NCBI RefSeq assembly: GCF_018350175.1
Contig: NC_058368.1
Span: 52,888,001 to 52,952,000 of the forward strand
DNA from: Felis catus
Lineage: Eukaryota
Direction: 5' to 3'
Length of the DNA: 64,000 bases
Part shown: positions 39,075 to 51,068 of the stretch, piece by piece
Layout of the letters: the number at the start of each line of letters is the position of its first letter
Numbering within the stretch: the first letter of the stretch is position 1
Program-made: the position numbers and the translations under genes
The notes under the pieces: model-generated
Database searches by the model: none
The model's input: the letters and a program-made list of their open reading frames with translations, nothing else
Told to the model about the DNA's origin: nothing

Positions 39075-39330
39075 GTTTAGTGGTTTATAGAAGGGGCCCT
39101 GGAGAGCTTCAGACCTGAGTTAAAGGTCTGGCTCTGATTATGTACTTCAATATTAACCTAGAAAAATTACTTAACTTCATGAAACTTCAGTTACTTTCAT
39201 CTATAAAATGACTAAAATAATGATATTACCTCCCTCATAATGCTGCTTTAAGGGTTAAGCAAGATAAGGTGGTAAAGGGATCAACACAGTTCCTGGCATA
39301 AGTAATAGGTAACGTTTGCTGTTATATATA
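39075..39330 (+). mobile_element. MIR (preceded by an L2 fragment at about 38620-39060)
   Basis: AGACCTGAGTT...TTACTTAAC...TCATCTATAAAATG...CACAGTTCCTGGCATAAGTA. Confidence 0.72.
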
Positions 39331-39588
39331 TTTTTTCTTTGATCGTATTAGTCCTTTTTCTAAATTCATATTTGATCAAAGTTGGGTATTCAGTATTATC
39401 ACAATCAGGTAAAAAAAAAAAGGTACTGTTTGGAAAAAAATCATAAAGATATGCCCTAAAACATTAACAGATGACATATTTCGTAAAGTAATTGCTTTTT
39501 ATCTAATTCTTTGTTTTCAATTTGTGAAATTGAAATACTTTGTTTTTCTCATTGAAATATTCTTCCTTTAAAAAAGTGTTTAAATTAA

Positions 39589-39777
39589 GGGGCACCTGGG
39601 TGGCTTAGTCGGTTAAGTATCTGGGCTTCTGCTCAAGTCATGATCTCATCGTCCTGAGTTTGAGCCCCACGTGGGGCTCTGTGCTGTGAGCGCAGAGCCC
39701 GCTTCAGATCCTCTGTCTCCCTCTCACTCTGCCCCTGCCCTGCTCTCTCTCTCCCTCATAAATAAATAAACATCTTA
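39589..39777 (+). mobile_element. CAN-SINE
   Basis: 20-bp TSD TAAAAAAGTGTTTAAATTAA at 39569-39588 and 39778-39797. Confidence 0.95.
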
Positions 39778-39799
39778 TAAAAAAGTGTTTAAATTAAAA

Positions 39800-40090
39800 A
39801 AGAAAAACGGTCCATGCCGAGTACTGGCGTGGATGTGCAGAAATTAAGACCCTCACACATTGCTGGTGGGAATGTGAAATACTGCAGACATTTTGAAAAA
39901 TAATCGGGCAGTTCCTCAAAATGTTTAACCTGGAATTACCTTACAACCCAGAAATGTTACTCCTAGGTATCTATTCAAGGGAAGTAAAATTATATGTTCA
40001 CACAGGACTTATACACAGATGTTCACAGCAGCATTATTCATTATGGCCATAAAATAAGATCAACCCAAATGTCCATCAATAGATGACTAA
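39800..40090 (+). mobile_element. Old L1M ORF2 C-terminal fragment
   Basis: ATTGCTGGTGGGAATGTGAAAT...CTCCTAGGTATCTA...AACCCAAATGTCCATCAA. Confidence 0.8.
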
Positions 40091-40289
40091 AGAAGTCAAA
40101 AATGCTTCAATACGGCTGTTAAAAATAATACCTAGATTTAATTTTATATGCAACGAGAAGCCACTTAGGATTTGTAAATAAAGAATTGTTGAACAGTTTT
40201 GCCAACATTTAAGAATCATTCAAATAAAATATTAAAGCTACGTTAAAAAATTCACATATCACTCTGAAGCTGAATCACTTATTTTTGGA

Positions 40290-40520
40290 CTATAATAGCA
40301 ATGAGTACAATTTTTAAGTATTAACTGCGTTCCAGGGTCTACACCAGACACATGAGCCCTAATCATGCCAGCAGCACAGTGAGACACGGATCATCAGTCC
40401 CCTTTTACAGATGAGCAAAATAGTGGGAATAAAAGGCTTGGCCAAGGTCCCTAAGCTGGTGAGTGGCTAAGTAAGGATGTAAACCAGGGTCTATATTATT
40501 TTAAAGCCCACATTCTTTCC
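40290..40520 (-). mobile_element. MIR
   Basis: CCCCTTTTACAGATGAG...TTGGCCAAGGTC core. Confidence 0.7.
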
Positions 40521-41045
40521 AAACCTCAATACCATTTTGCGGCATGACCTCATTCTTTCTCCTTCACCTCCTTTTCCATTTGCCTAACTGGGCTCTTAGG
40601 CCTCCGTTTGGATCTCTCTGCAGTTACACCCAAAATTAAGTTAAAAGAGGGTTCTCAGGCTCCCTACTTAATATTGTCTGTGGTTTTCAGAGTGTTTTAT
40701 TTTTGTGTCTTTGTCCTCCAGAGCTCCTTGGAGGTAAGGACTGTGTCTTTTTGCCACTGCAATTTCAGCGTCTATCACTGTATTTTGCATGTAGTAGGTG
40801 CTTGGCAAATATTGTTAAATGAATCAGTGAATGAATGAATGCATAAGTGAAACAATAAATGCTGTTTATTGTGGCAAGGAACAGATGTTGTCAATGAACA
40901 TAATTAAGTCACTCTTGTTATCACTCCTTGGATATGCATTGAGCACTATATTCAAATCTTTAGCCAAGTGCTATGGATACACAGATGAATATGACCCAGT
41001 TGCTTTCCTTAGAACTCACAATATAGTCCTTTAGGGCAGATAGTC

Positions 41046-41272
41046 CCCTGGGTGGCTCAGTCAGTTGAGCGCTGGGCTTAGGTCATGATCTCATTGTCCC
41101 TTGAATTCAAGACTCTCATCGGGCTCACTGCTGTCAGTGCACAGCCAACTTAGGATCCTCTGTCCTCCTCTCTGCCCCTCCCCCCTTTCTCTGCCCCTCC
41201 CCCACTTGTGTTCTCTCTCTCTCTCTCTCTCCCACTCTCTCTGTCTCTCTCAAAAAAAAACTTAAAAAAAAA
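41046..41272 (+). mobile_element. CAN-SINE with a small internal duplication of TCTCTGCCCCTCCCC
   Basis: CCTGGGTGGCTCAGTCAGTTGAGCG head, CT tract, A tail. Confidence 0.9.
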
Positions 41273-42049
41273 CTAAGCATGTATTTGAGTAGCGTATATC
41301 ATATTTTAAGTTCCATGTTTTTCCCACTAACAATAACAAACAGGGATTGGTTGGCTTCAGGGAAGAGAATAAATAACTTCATATGTGAAATGTTTTGTTC
41401 TCTGAAGGAAACCTATAGAATAGAATGTTCAATTTTGTCGTGCTCCTGGACTGTCTCACACATTTTATTTTAAACTATATCAAAAATTTGTATACGCTTG
41501 GGGTCCTTATAAAGACTCAAGGATTTCCTGATGGCATCAGTGCTTCCCAGGATGCTGATAGAAACATCCCTACTCAAATTTGAACAGTTTGAAAAAAAAA
41601 AAGATTCCCTTGTTTTCATAAATATTTGAAGTATCATCAAAATAACCTGAGGCAGACAAGCTCTAATACTCAAGTATAATCATTCATTTCTTTCATGTCA
41701 CTCTGATTTTCCTCACTTGAGATAAATGTAGTCTGACATATTGATTATCCGTTCTTGGCCATGGGGGGACTTTTACTCATACATTGATCTATTTGGTTTC
41801 GGGGAGTTTGTTTATGTGGATGCCACAAGATGCTTCAGAAATGTGGTGATTCAAAAACAATGTAACCCCATTAGACTAAGCACTCCTAGCCTGTGGCAGC
41901 TGCACATTCAACAGGAATAGACCTGGCACTCGAGGTCTACCCCAGAAAGATGCCACCCTCTTGGTCTGTCTGTTCTGGGCCTTAGGAGAGCCTGGAGAGA
42001 AAGAGCCAGGTGTCTCCAGTTGAGGTACCTCTCCTCAACAGTTGCCAGA

Positions 42050-43530
42050 ATCTTTAATTAACATAATTGAATTGTATAATTTATACATCATAAAATTCAC
42101 CTGCTCAAAGCTATGATTTTTCTATGATTTTTTTTAGTTTGCTGTATTATGTAACCATCACTATCATCCACTTTTGCAACATGTTTTCACCCCAATAAGA
42201 TCACCTGTACTTATTTATTGTTCAACCCCATTCCCACCCCCATTCCTGGGCAATCGCTGATTTGCTTTCCATCATCATAGATTTGCCTCTTCCGTACATT
42301 TTATAAGAATGGGATCATATAGTATATGGCCTTTTGTGTCTGGTTTCTTTCAATTAGAACAATGTTCTTAAGGTCCATTCGTGTTATAGCATATATCAAA
42401 AGTTCATTCTCTTTTACCGCTAAATGGTGGTGTTCATTAGATGGATGTATTGCATATTGTATCTCCATTTATTGCATGGACCTTTGGGTTGGTTCCACTT
42501 TTCGGCTGTTATGAATAATGTCACTATGAACATTTGTGTACAAGTACTTTATGGGCATATCCGTGGACTTCTTTTGGGTGGATAGCTAGGAACAGAATTT
42601 CTGGATCATATGGTGGGTAATTCCAGGCTTCACATTTTGAGAAACTGCCCAACTATTTTCAAAGTGGCTGAACTATTTTATACTCCCATCAGTAATTTAG
42701 ACGGGTTCCCATTTTTTCACATCTTTGTGAGCATTTATTGTCTTTTTGGTTATAGCCTTTCTCATGGGTATAAAATGATATACCATTGTGGTTTGGGTTT
42801 GCATTTCCCTAATGAACTAATGATGTTGAGCACACTTCCACACACTTATTAGCCATTCCTTTTTTTAAATTTATTTTTATTTATTTTAATATTTTGTTCT
42901 TATTAGTCATTCTTATGTTTTCTTTGGTGAAATGTCTACTCAGATCTTCTGTTCATTTTTAAATTGGATTATTTGTCTTCTTATGGAGTAGCAAAACTTC
43001 CTTATATATTCTTTATATAACTCCCTTATCAGGTATATGATTAGTAAATATTTTATACCATTTTGTGGGTTGTTTTTTTAACTTTCTTAATGATGTCTTT
43101 TGAAGGACAAGTTTTTAATTCTGATGAAGTCTCATTTACCAAGTTTTTCTTCATGTCTTTGGTCTCATAGTTAAGAAATCTTTGCCTGACCCAAAGTCTT
43201 GAATGTTTTTTTCTTACGTTTTATGCTAAAATCTGTAAAATTTTAGCTCTTACATTAGGTTTCAGATCCATTTTGAGTTACTTTTCTACCTGGTAGATAT
43301 GAACTTTTTCTATATAGAGATAGGGGCTAAGTTCATCTTTTTACATTTGTATATTCCAAGGTCTTAATCCTATTTGTTGAAAAGATTATTCATTCCCCTT
43401 TGAAGTGTCTTGGCACCTCTTCTGAATATCAATTGACCATAATTTTAAAAGTTCATTTCTGGACTCTCAGTTCTGTTTTATTGATTTGTATGTCTATCTT
43501 TTTACCAACACTACACTGTCTTGATACGTA
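42050..43530 (-). mobile_element. Old eutherian L1 (L1MB-like) 3' portion
   Basis: Antisense L1 3' UTR and ORF2 motifs: CATAAAATTCACC, TTTGCATTTCCCTAATG, TTTGTTGAAAAGATTAT, ATTTCTGGACTCTC. Confidence 0.85.
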
Positions 43531-43819
43531 AGTTCTGAAAGTTGACAGAAGCTTTTAACCTAACATTAGTTGGAGACAGATCTGAATCTATTCTGCCTTT
43601 TTTTGAAAGTAAGAAACAACTAAATAAATCATAAGAAGATGGGAAAAGTGAGAGTAGAAAACATGAAACAAACAGGACTGTTGCACAAATCTATACTACA
43701 CATGTCTTCTACGTTGCTCATTGTGGCTACCATTGTGACTCTGAGCATGTCAACAATCAACAAGGAAATGGAAACGTTTGTGCAATGTGTTTAAGAAAAT
43801 AATACAATTCAGTTTCTTG

Positions 43820-44032
43820 AAAATATTTTTATGTGTTTGTTTATTTTGAGAGAGACAGAGACAGGGCGAGGGAGGGAGGGGTAACAAGGGAGGGAGCGAG
43901 AGAATCTTAAGCAAGTTCCACACTGTCAGCCCAGAGCCCGATGCAGGGCTAGAACTCACGTAACCGTGAGATCGTGACCTGAGCTGAAACTGAGAGTCGG
44001 AAGCTTAACCGACTGAACCATCCAGGTGCCCC
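43820..44032 (-). mobile_element. CAN-SINE
   Basis: Reverse SINE; diverged TSD around TACAATTCA. Confidence 0.93.
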
Positions 44033-44391
44033 AGTACAATTCAATGTCTTAGTAAAAGCACAACTAGTCTTAGTTTTTGGACTAGAAGGGATTTTTTTCT
44101 TCTGTTATTCATGAAAAGGTGATTGTATAATATAAATAACATCCTTACAAAAACCTTTACACTGAGTAAAACAAGGAGGTTCAGATTTTATATTCCTCTG
44201 TTCTATAATGTAGACCAACTGCAACTAGTAAATACAAGACTATGTAGAGATCAACCAAAGATTTTCTCCTAATTTGGTTGATCCTGAAACGGATGTTTTA
44301 CTATTTAAGCATTTGCTATTCATCCTTATTCAGTATGTTTTGACACAATTTGTCCCCGATCTTTGGCTTATATATGCTGGAGACTATGGAT

Positions 44392-44607
44392 TATTTTTTC
44401 ATTTTAATGTTTATTTTTGAGAGGGTGAGATAGAAACAGAGCATGAGTAGGGGAGGGGCAGAGAGCAAGGGAGACACAGAATCCGAAGCAGGCTCCAGGC
44501 TCTGAGCTGTCAGCACAGAGCCCAATGCAGGACTCGAACTCATGAACCATGAGATCATGACCTGAGCTAAAGTCAGATGCTAAACCGACTGAGCTACCCA
44601 GGTGCCC
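44392..44607 (-). mobile_element. CAN-SINE
   Basis: Reverse SINE; TSD AGACTATGGA. Confidence 0.95.
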
Positions 44608-44649
44608 TTGCAGACTATGGACTTTAAAATACACCTGGATGGTATAAAG

Positions 44650-44836
44650 CAGTGGTTTTCAAAGTATGGTCCTTGTGCCAGCAACATCAGCATCACCTGT
44701 GAAATTTGATAGAAATTCAAAGTCTCAGGTTCCATCCAAGATCAAATAAATCTGGAACTTTGGGAGTGGATCTCAGCATTCTTTATGTGATAAGCCTTGT
44801 AGAAGATGCAGAGATACTAATGTTGGAGAAACATTT
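44650..44836. mobile_element. MER5A-like hAT MITE
   Basis: CAGTGGTTTTCAAAGTATGGTCC...CATCAGCATCACCTG. Confidence 0.82.
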
Positions 44837-44971
44837 TTATATACCAGGAACGTCCTTGTTTCAGTAAACAAATTAATCGTTGTGTACAGAAAGATGTAAA
44901 GTCCTGAAACAGGATTATTTTCTGGATTTCTTAAGTCTTCAGGTTTAGTTTCCATCATTGCAAAGTCTGGG

Positions 44972-46130
44972 GCAGAAAATCAGTAAGGATATAACTGAAC
45001 TGAATAGTACCATTGATCAATGCATTCAATTGGCATTATAAAAAATATTTCATCCAACAACATCAGAACACACATTCTTCCCAAATTCACATGAAATATT
45101 CACCAAAACATACCACATTTGGGGTCATAAAATACACCTTAACAAATTTAAAAGGATAGACATCATACAAAGTATGCTCTCAGACACAATGGAATTAAAT
45201 TAGAAATCAATAATGGAAAGATAGCTGAATAATCTCCAAATATTTGGGTATTAAACAAAATACTTCTAAATAATACATCAGCCAAAGAGGAAATCTTAAG
45301 AAAATTTTTAAAAATATTTTAGAGCAAATTAAAATGAAGATACAATCTGTTAAAATTCATAGAATGCAGAGAAAGCAGAGCTTGGAGGGAAATTAATACC
45401 ATTGGATGCATATATTAGAAAAAGAGAAATATCTACAATAAAAAAATCTGAGTTTCCGTCTTGAGGAACTAGGAAAAAAGGAGCAAATTAAATCCAGAGT
45501 AAGCAGAAGAAAAATAAAATCAGAGCAGACATGAAGGAAATTGAAAATTGGAAAACAGTAGAGAAAAATCAATAAACCCAAAAGGTGATCCTTTGAAAAG
45601 TTCAACAAAATTGACATTACATTAGCCAGGCTAACCAAGAAAAAAAAGAATGAAGACACAAATTACTAATATCAGAAATGAAAGAGGAGGCATTACATGA
45701 TCCCATGGACTTTAAAAGGATAATAAAAGAATATGAACAATTCTATGCCAACAAGTTTGATAACTTAGATGAAATGGACCAATTCCTTGGAAGACATAAT
45801 CTACCAAAACTTACAAAAGGAGAAATAATCTGAATATTAATATTTCTGTTAAAGAAATTGAACTAATAATTACTAACCTTCCAAAACAGAAAACACCAGG
45901 TCCAGATGGTTTCACTGGTGAATTCTACAGAATATTTAAGGAGAAAATGATATCAATTTTCTATAATCTCTTCCAGAAAATAAACATAAAGAAACCACTT
46001 CCTAATTTATTGTATGAGGTTAGCATTATCCTAATGCCCAAAGCAGATAAAGTTATTACAAGAGAGACTCAACAGAAAGAAAACTATAGACATATCTTTC
46101 ATGAACATAGATTGTAAAAATCCTTAAAAA
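44972..46130 (+). mobile_element. Old L1M ORF2 fragment (late endonuclease to start of RT)
   Basis: ACACACATTCTTCCCAAATTCACATG, CCAGGTCCAGATGGTTTCACTGGTGAATTCTAC (PGPDGFTGEFY). Confidence 0.88.
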
Positions 46131-46144
46131 AAGAAAAAAAACTT

Positions 46145-47212
46145 AGTGTGCTGTGGGTATACATGCAATTGGAGCCCCTGGTAATGATAAAAAATATCCA
46201 AATTTTATGAAAACTATAAACCTACATATCCAAAAGCTAAACAAATGTAAAGTATGACAACATGAAAATAACAGAGTGGCACAACATAATTAAACTACTG
46301 ACCACTGATGATAAAAACAAAAAATGGAAAACAACCAGTATAAAAAGATACATTACATAGGACATGAAAAAGATAAAGAGACTACCATATTTCATATTGG
46401 AAGCAATACAAGTGAAAAGACAATGGAGAAACATCTCTAAACTATTGACAGAAAATAATTATCAACCTAGAATTCTATACCCAGCAAAAATATGTTTCAA
46501 AAATCAAGCTGAAATAAAGATTTTTTTCAGATGTAAAAAAGGTGTAAGAATTAATTACCAACAATCTCATTATAAGAAATATTAAAGTAATTCCTTCAAA
46601 CAGAAGAAAATTGATAAGGACTTGTATATAGCAATTAAGAATATTGAAAATGATAACTATACTGTTATACATGTACCATTTTTCTTATTATTTAAAACAA
46701 ATTAAAAGTAACTGACTAAACAAAGCAAACAAGCAAACAAAAAAACAGTGTTGTAGGGTGTTTATAATATTTGTATAAGAAAATATGTGACAATGGTACT
46801 AAGGTCAGGAGAGGAAAAATTAAAGCATATGATTGTAAGGTCTTTATATCATACATAAAGTGGTATAATAACATCTGAGGATAGGCTATAATAAATTAAA
46901 GATGGATACTTTAAACCATAATGCAACCACTAAAATAAAATTATAGCTAGTAAGCCCAAAAAGTAAATAAAATAGAATCTAAAAGCAAACCTACTTAATC
47001 CAAAAGAGATTGAAAATGAGAAAAAAAGAAAAAAAAAGAGATGTAACAAATAGAAAACAAATAGCAAGATGATCGTTTTAAACCCAACCAATAATTACCC
47101 GAGCAATAATTACATTAAATGTAAAAGATTTAAACACCCAGTTAAAAGGCTGAATGTCACATTAGATTAAAAATCAGACCCAAATATATGTTGCCTACAA
47201 AAAACACACTTT
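46145..47212 (+). mobile_element. Old L1M ORF1 3' half, inter-ORF region and ORF2 start
   Basis: RQWRNISKLL..NYQPRILYPAKICFKNQAEIK (ORF1 CTD); ATAATTACATTAAATGTAAA...TGTTGCCTACAA (ORF2 start); resumes near 47545-47580. Confidence 0.82.
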
Positions 47213-47535
47213 ACCCCTTTTGCCCACCATCCACCAATGGGTATAGAGTTAAAAGGTAAATACTTCCAGTTATAAGACAAACAAGTCCTGGGGGTGTAAT
47301 GTATAGCATAGTGACTGTATCTAACAGTACTGTGTTGAATATTTGAAAGTTGTTAAAAGAGTATCTTTTCAAAATTGTCATTCTAAGAAAAAATATAACT
47401 ATGGTGTTGGATGTTAACTAAGCTTATCATGGTAATCATTTCACAACACACACATATATCAAATCATTATACTGTACACTTAAAACTAATATAATGTTGC
47501 ATATTAATAATATATCAATTAAAAATTTTTAAAGA
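47213..47535 (+). mobile_element. L1MA9-like 3' end inserted into an older L1
   Basis: ACTTCCAGTTATAAG...GTCCTGGGGGTGTAATGTATAGCATAGTGACT...AAATCATTATACTGTACAC...A tail. Confidence 0.8.
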
Positions 47536-47673
47536 AAGAAATATACCATAAAAATAAACAAAAATAGGTTAAAAGTAAGTGTACTAATAATTATAGGGAA
47601 GTTTAAAATTAGTAGATATATGTATAGCACTTAGTGTGTTCAATAGTCAGTGATTACCTGGTGAAAAATAATT

Positions 47674-47891
47674 CTTTTTTTTTAAATGTTTATGTATTTA
47701 TTTTGAGAGAGAGAGAGCGTGCAAGCAGGGGGAGGGACAGAGAGAGAGGAGAGAGAGGAGAGATAGAATCCCAAGCGGGCTCCTCGCTGTCGGTGCAGAG
47801 CCTGATGTGGGGCTAAGTCCCACAAACTGTGATATGACCTGAGCTGAAATCAAGAGTAGGAGGCTTAACAGACTGAGCCACCAAGGTGCCC
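47674..47891 (-). mobile_element. CAN-SINE
   Basis: Reverse SINE; TSD TGGT..AAA.TAATTCTTT. Confidence 0.93.
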
Positions 47892-47934
47892 TGGTAAAAA
47901 GTAATTCTTAATGTTTCCTGCTGTTGAATTGATT

Positions 47935-48299
47935 TCTTAATCAGGTTGAGCGGATATAATAAAATACCGTAGACTAGGGGTCTTAAACAACAAACTTGGT
48001 TTCTCGCAGTTCTGGAGTCTGAGAAGCACCAAGATCAAGGTGCTGGCAAGTTTGGTGTCTGGTGAGAGCCCTGTTCCTGATTTTTGTAGATGACTGTCTT
48101 CTTGTCGTATCACCACTTGGTAGAGAGAGCTCTACTATTTTCCTCTTCTTATAAGGGGGAAATCCCATTGTGGGGGCTCTACTCTCATGACCTCATCTAA
48201 ACAATTATCTCCTAAAGCCCACCTCCAAATACTATCACCCTGGAGATTATGGCTTCAACATATAAATTTAGGAGGAACAAAAACATCCATTTTATAGCA
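47935..48299 (-). mobile_element. MaLR solo LTR (MLT1A0-like)
   Basis: CTTAAACAACA...CAGTTCTGGAG...CCAAGATCAAGGTGCTGGCA...CACCTCCAAATACTATCAC...ATAGCA. Confidence 0.85.
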
Positions 48300-49499
48300 A
48301 CTGGGTAAACTTCATCTGCCTTATGAGATAACTGAGTGTCTCTTATGATGTCTAACATCTTCCGTATCTTTACTTCACTTAAGGACATCAGTTCTTCCTC
48401 TGTGATTAGAGAGTAACATTTAGCTTTATTACCTATAAGCAACAGTTACCTGGATGTGAGCCCCTGGAACACTATAGGTAGCTGAAAGGTGTGGATGGGA
48501 ATACTTTTCCCTAACATACTGACCGGTTTACCTGAGGATGACCTCAAAAAGGTGACCTAGCTGATCAGAACAGCTGGCTCCAATTTGGTTTGAAAGTGAT
48601 GTGTTAGTCTGAAATGCTAAGGATAGTTCTTTAGCATTTAGCAAGTCAAAAGCGGGCATTTCTTATTCATTCCTCCAGCTCCACAAAATCTCTGCAGGCC
48701 TGTCAGGCTGAGTTCTCACAGGAGGATGAAGGAAGTAGGAGGAAGATTCAGAATGCATTCCCAATGGCTTTTAAAAAGTGACTTAAAGATAATAAATGTA
48801 AGTGAGTTTTCAAACAGATTTGAATAGTATTATTAGCTCTACAAATTTTGATGTTCCTGATACATATCCAGAAACTAATATAGGATTTTGGATAGCAATT
48901 CTCATATTCTCTCTGGTAGACTCTAAAATCATTATACATCTAATGGCTGAGCTACATGTGCATCTTCAAATTTTCCATTTTTCGACCCATCACAAAAAAA
49001 ATGCAAAAGGGCAAATAACCACAACAAATCTATACTCAAATCCATATTTGATGTCGGGTAGCTCTCTTTTTCTCTACTGTTTTTATTGGACATCTGATGG
49101 GGGTCTCAAGAGGAAAGCTAATAATTTCCTTATAGTTTTCTTCATTTTTTTTGTGTGACTATATATTTACATTTATTGGCTGCGACATTACTACACTTTA
49201 CTTTCATTCTATCTTCCCTCTTACGTGTTTCTCCCTTTGTTTTATCTACGATTTTAATGGGATTTCTTTTTGTCTTGCAAACCGATGTGTTATTTCATCC
49301 AGATGTGAGTGTGCTGTCCTTTGTATTCATTTCTCAAGAAGGAAAATGTGTTCAGTTTGCCTATTCTTGGGTACGTGGATGGGCTTGAGGGGTAGAAGAA
49401 CTACCTGAGTGTGTACAATTTGTGCATGTACGTGTGTGTACATGTTAGCATGTTTCTGAATGGTTACTGTGTAGTTTTCATTACATTTTCAAAACCTCA

Positions 49500-49961
49500 G
49501 TATATCAACACCCCTGGTGTGCTCGCCTACGAATCCTCTTAGCCTCATGTTGTACCTCCCTCACTTCTGGTCACCAGTCCTGCACAAGTTTGGGCCAGCT
49601 TTTGGCTAGTGCAGCTTGAAAGCGTTTTACCTCAGGCCACACCCTTTACTGCTTCCATTCCACCTCTTTGACACCATCAGCATCCATTTTGCATTCAGAT
49701 CCATGGGCCATTGCCCAGCAATAGGTGCCAAGAACCAATAGAATACTGTTTCTTGTTTCATCCCCACGGGAAAAATTCTCATTGCCATTTCATAAGGTTC
49801 CTCAGAAGGTCCCTTACACCCCAAGTAGTGACTAACTCAAAACACACTTTTATACCAGCTTTCCCTCCTTTTTGACTTCACTCTCCTCCTTCCAGCAATC
49901 ACATTCTCAAATAAGCGATTGGCACACAAGCTTTTGCGTCAAGGGGAACCCAAGCTAAGAC
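49500..49961 (+). mobile_element. ERVL solo LTR (LTR16-like)
   Basis: 3' end CACATTCTCAAATAAG...AGGGGAACCCAAGCTAAGACA. Confidence 0.7.
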
Positions 49962-50289
49962 AGCCAATGACTTAAAATGTATTAGGATCCACTATCCAAG
50001 AACCTATGCAGTTTGCCACTCGGGTACCATATTTGTTCAGATCTTTACTAGGGCCCAGTGATCATCGAATCTGAAATTAATTGTACCTCGTGTTTAACAT
50101 AGCCCTGGGGCTCTTCGTTTATATAAAGTCTGAAATGAATTTTCTCTCCAGCTGGCACAAAAATCCTCTAATAATCATAGTATCAAAGAGCCTAACCTAA
50201 CCCAGTTAACCAGCGCCCATGACCTTTTCTGTACCCTATTTTTCCATTACTAGACTCTAGTCATTTGTCAACACTTTCTTAAATGTCTG

Positions 50290-51068
50290 TTTTGGTAGGC
50301 AGTAGCAAAATTGTGAGATGAAGTCCAGTGACTCACCCCTTTGTATAGTCCCCTCCCTTTGGTGTAGGCAGAGGCTGTGAATATGGTGGGATATGCCTCT
50401 TTGATTATGGTGTATGGTCGTGAAGTGGCTTTGCGGAGGTACCTGAAGACCCCTGATCAGCTAACTGAGTTGATCAAGGTGATATTACTCTGGGGAGCCT
50501 GACTTAATCAGGTGAACTCTTTGAAAGAAAGCTTAGGGATTTCTTGGGCTCGAAGACCCTCATCTACCAATCTTGAAAACACAAGTTGCCATGAGTTCCG
50601 CAGCTGCAGGGTAGAAATGAATTCTACCAACAACCACTTGAGTTTAGAAGATGACCTTGGGCCTCAGATGAGACCATGGTCTGACTGACACTAAAATTGC
50701 AGGCTTGTGAGTCTCTGAGTGGAGAACCCAGTTAGGCTGTGCCCAGACTCAATACCCACAAAAACTATGAGATAATCAATGTATGTTGTTTTAGAGAGAG
50801 ACAGACAGAGAGAGAGAGAGAGAAACAGAGTGTGAGCGGGGGAGAGGAAGAGAGAGAGGAAGACAGAATCTGAAGCAAGCTCCAGGCTCTGAGCTGTCAG
50901 CACAGAGCCTGATACGGGGCTCGAACTCACGGACTGTAAGATCATGACCTGAGCCAAAGTCTGACGCCCAACTGACTGAGCCTTCCAGGCGACCCCCCCC
51001 CCCATTGTATGTTGTTTTAAATCATTAAGTGTGAGGCAATTTGTTCCACAGCAAGACAAAACTGATAT
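50290..51068 (+). mobile_element. MaLR solo LTR (MLT1E-like) interrupted by a SINE
   Basis: GCCTGACTTAATCAGGTGA, AAATGAATTCTACCAACAACC, CCTCAGATGAGA, GAGAACCCAGTTAGGCTGTGCCCAGACT. Confidence 0.82.
50794..51003 (-). mobile_element. CAN-SINE lacking the AATAAA/poly(A) tail
   Basis: TSD TGTATGTTGTTTTA at 50780-50793 and 51006-51019. Confidence 0.92.
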
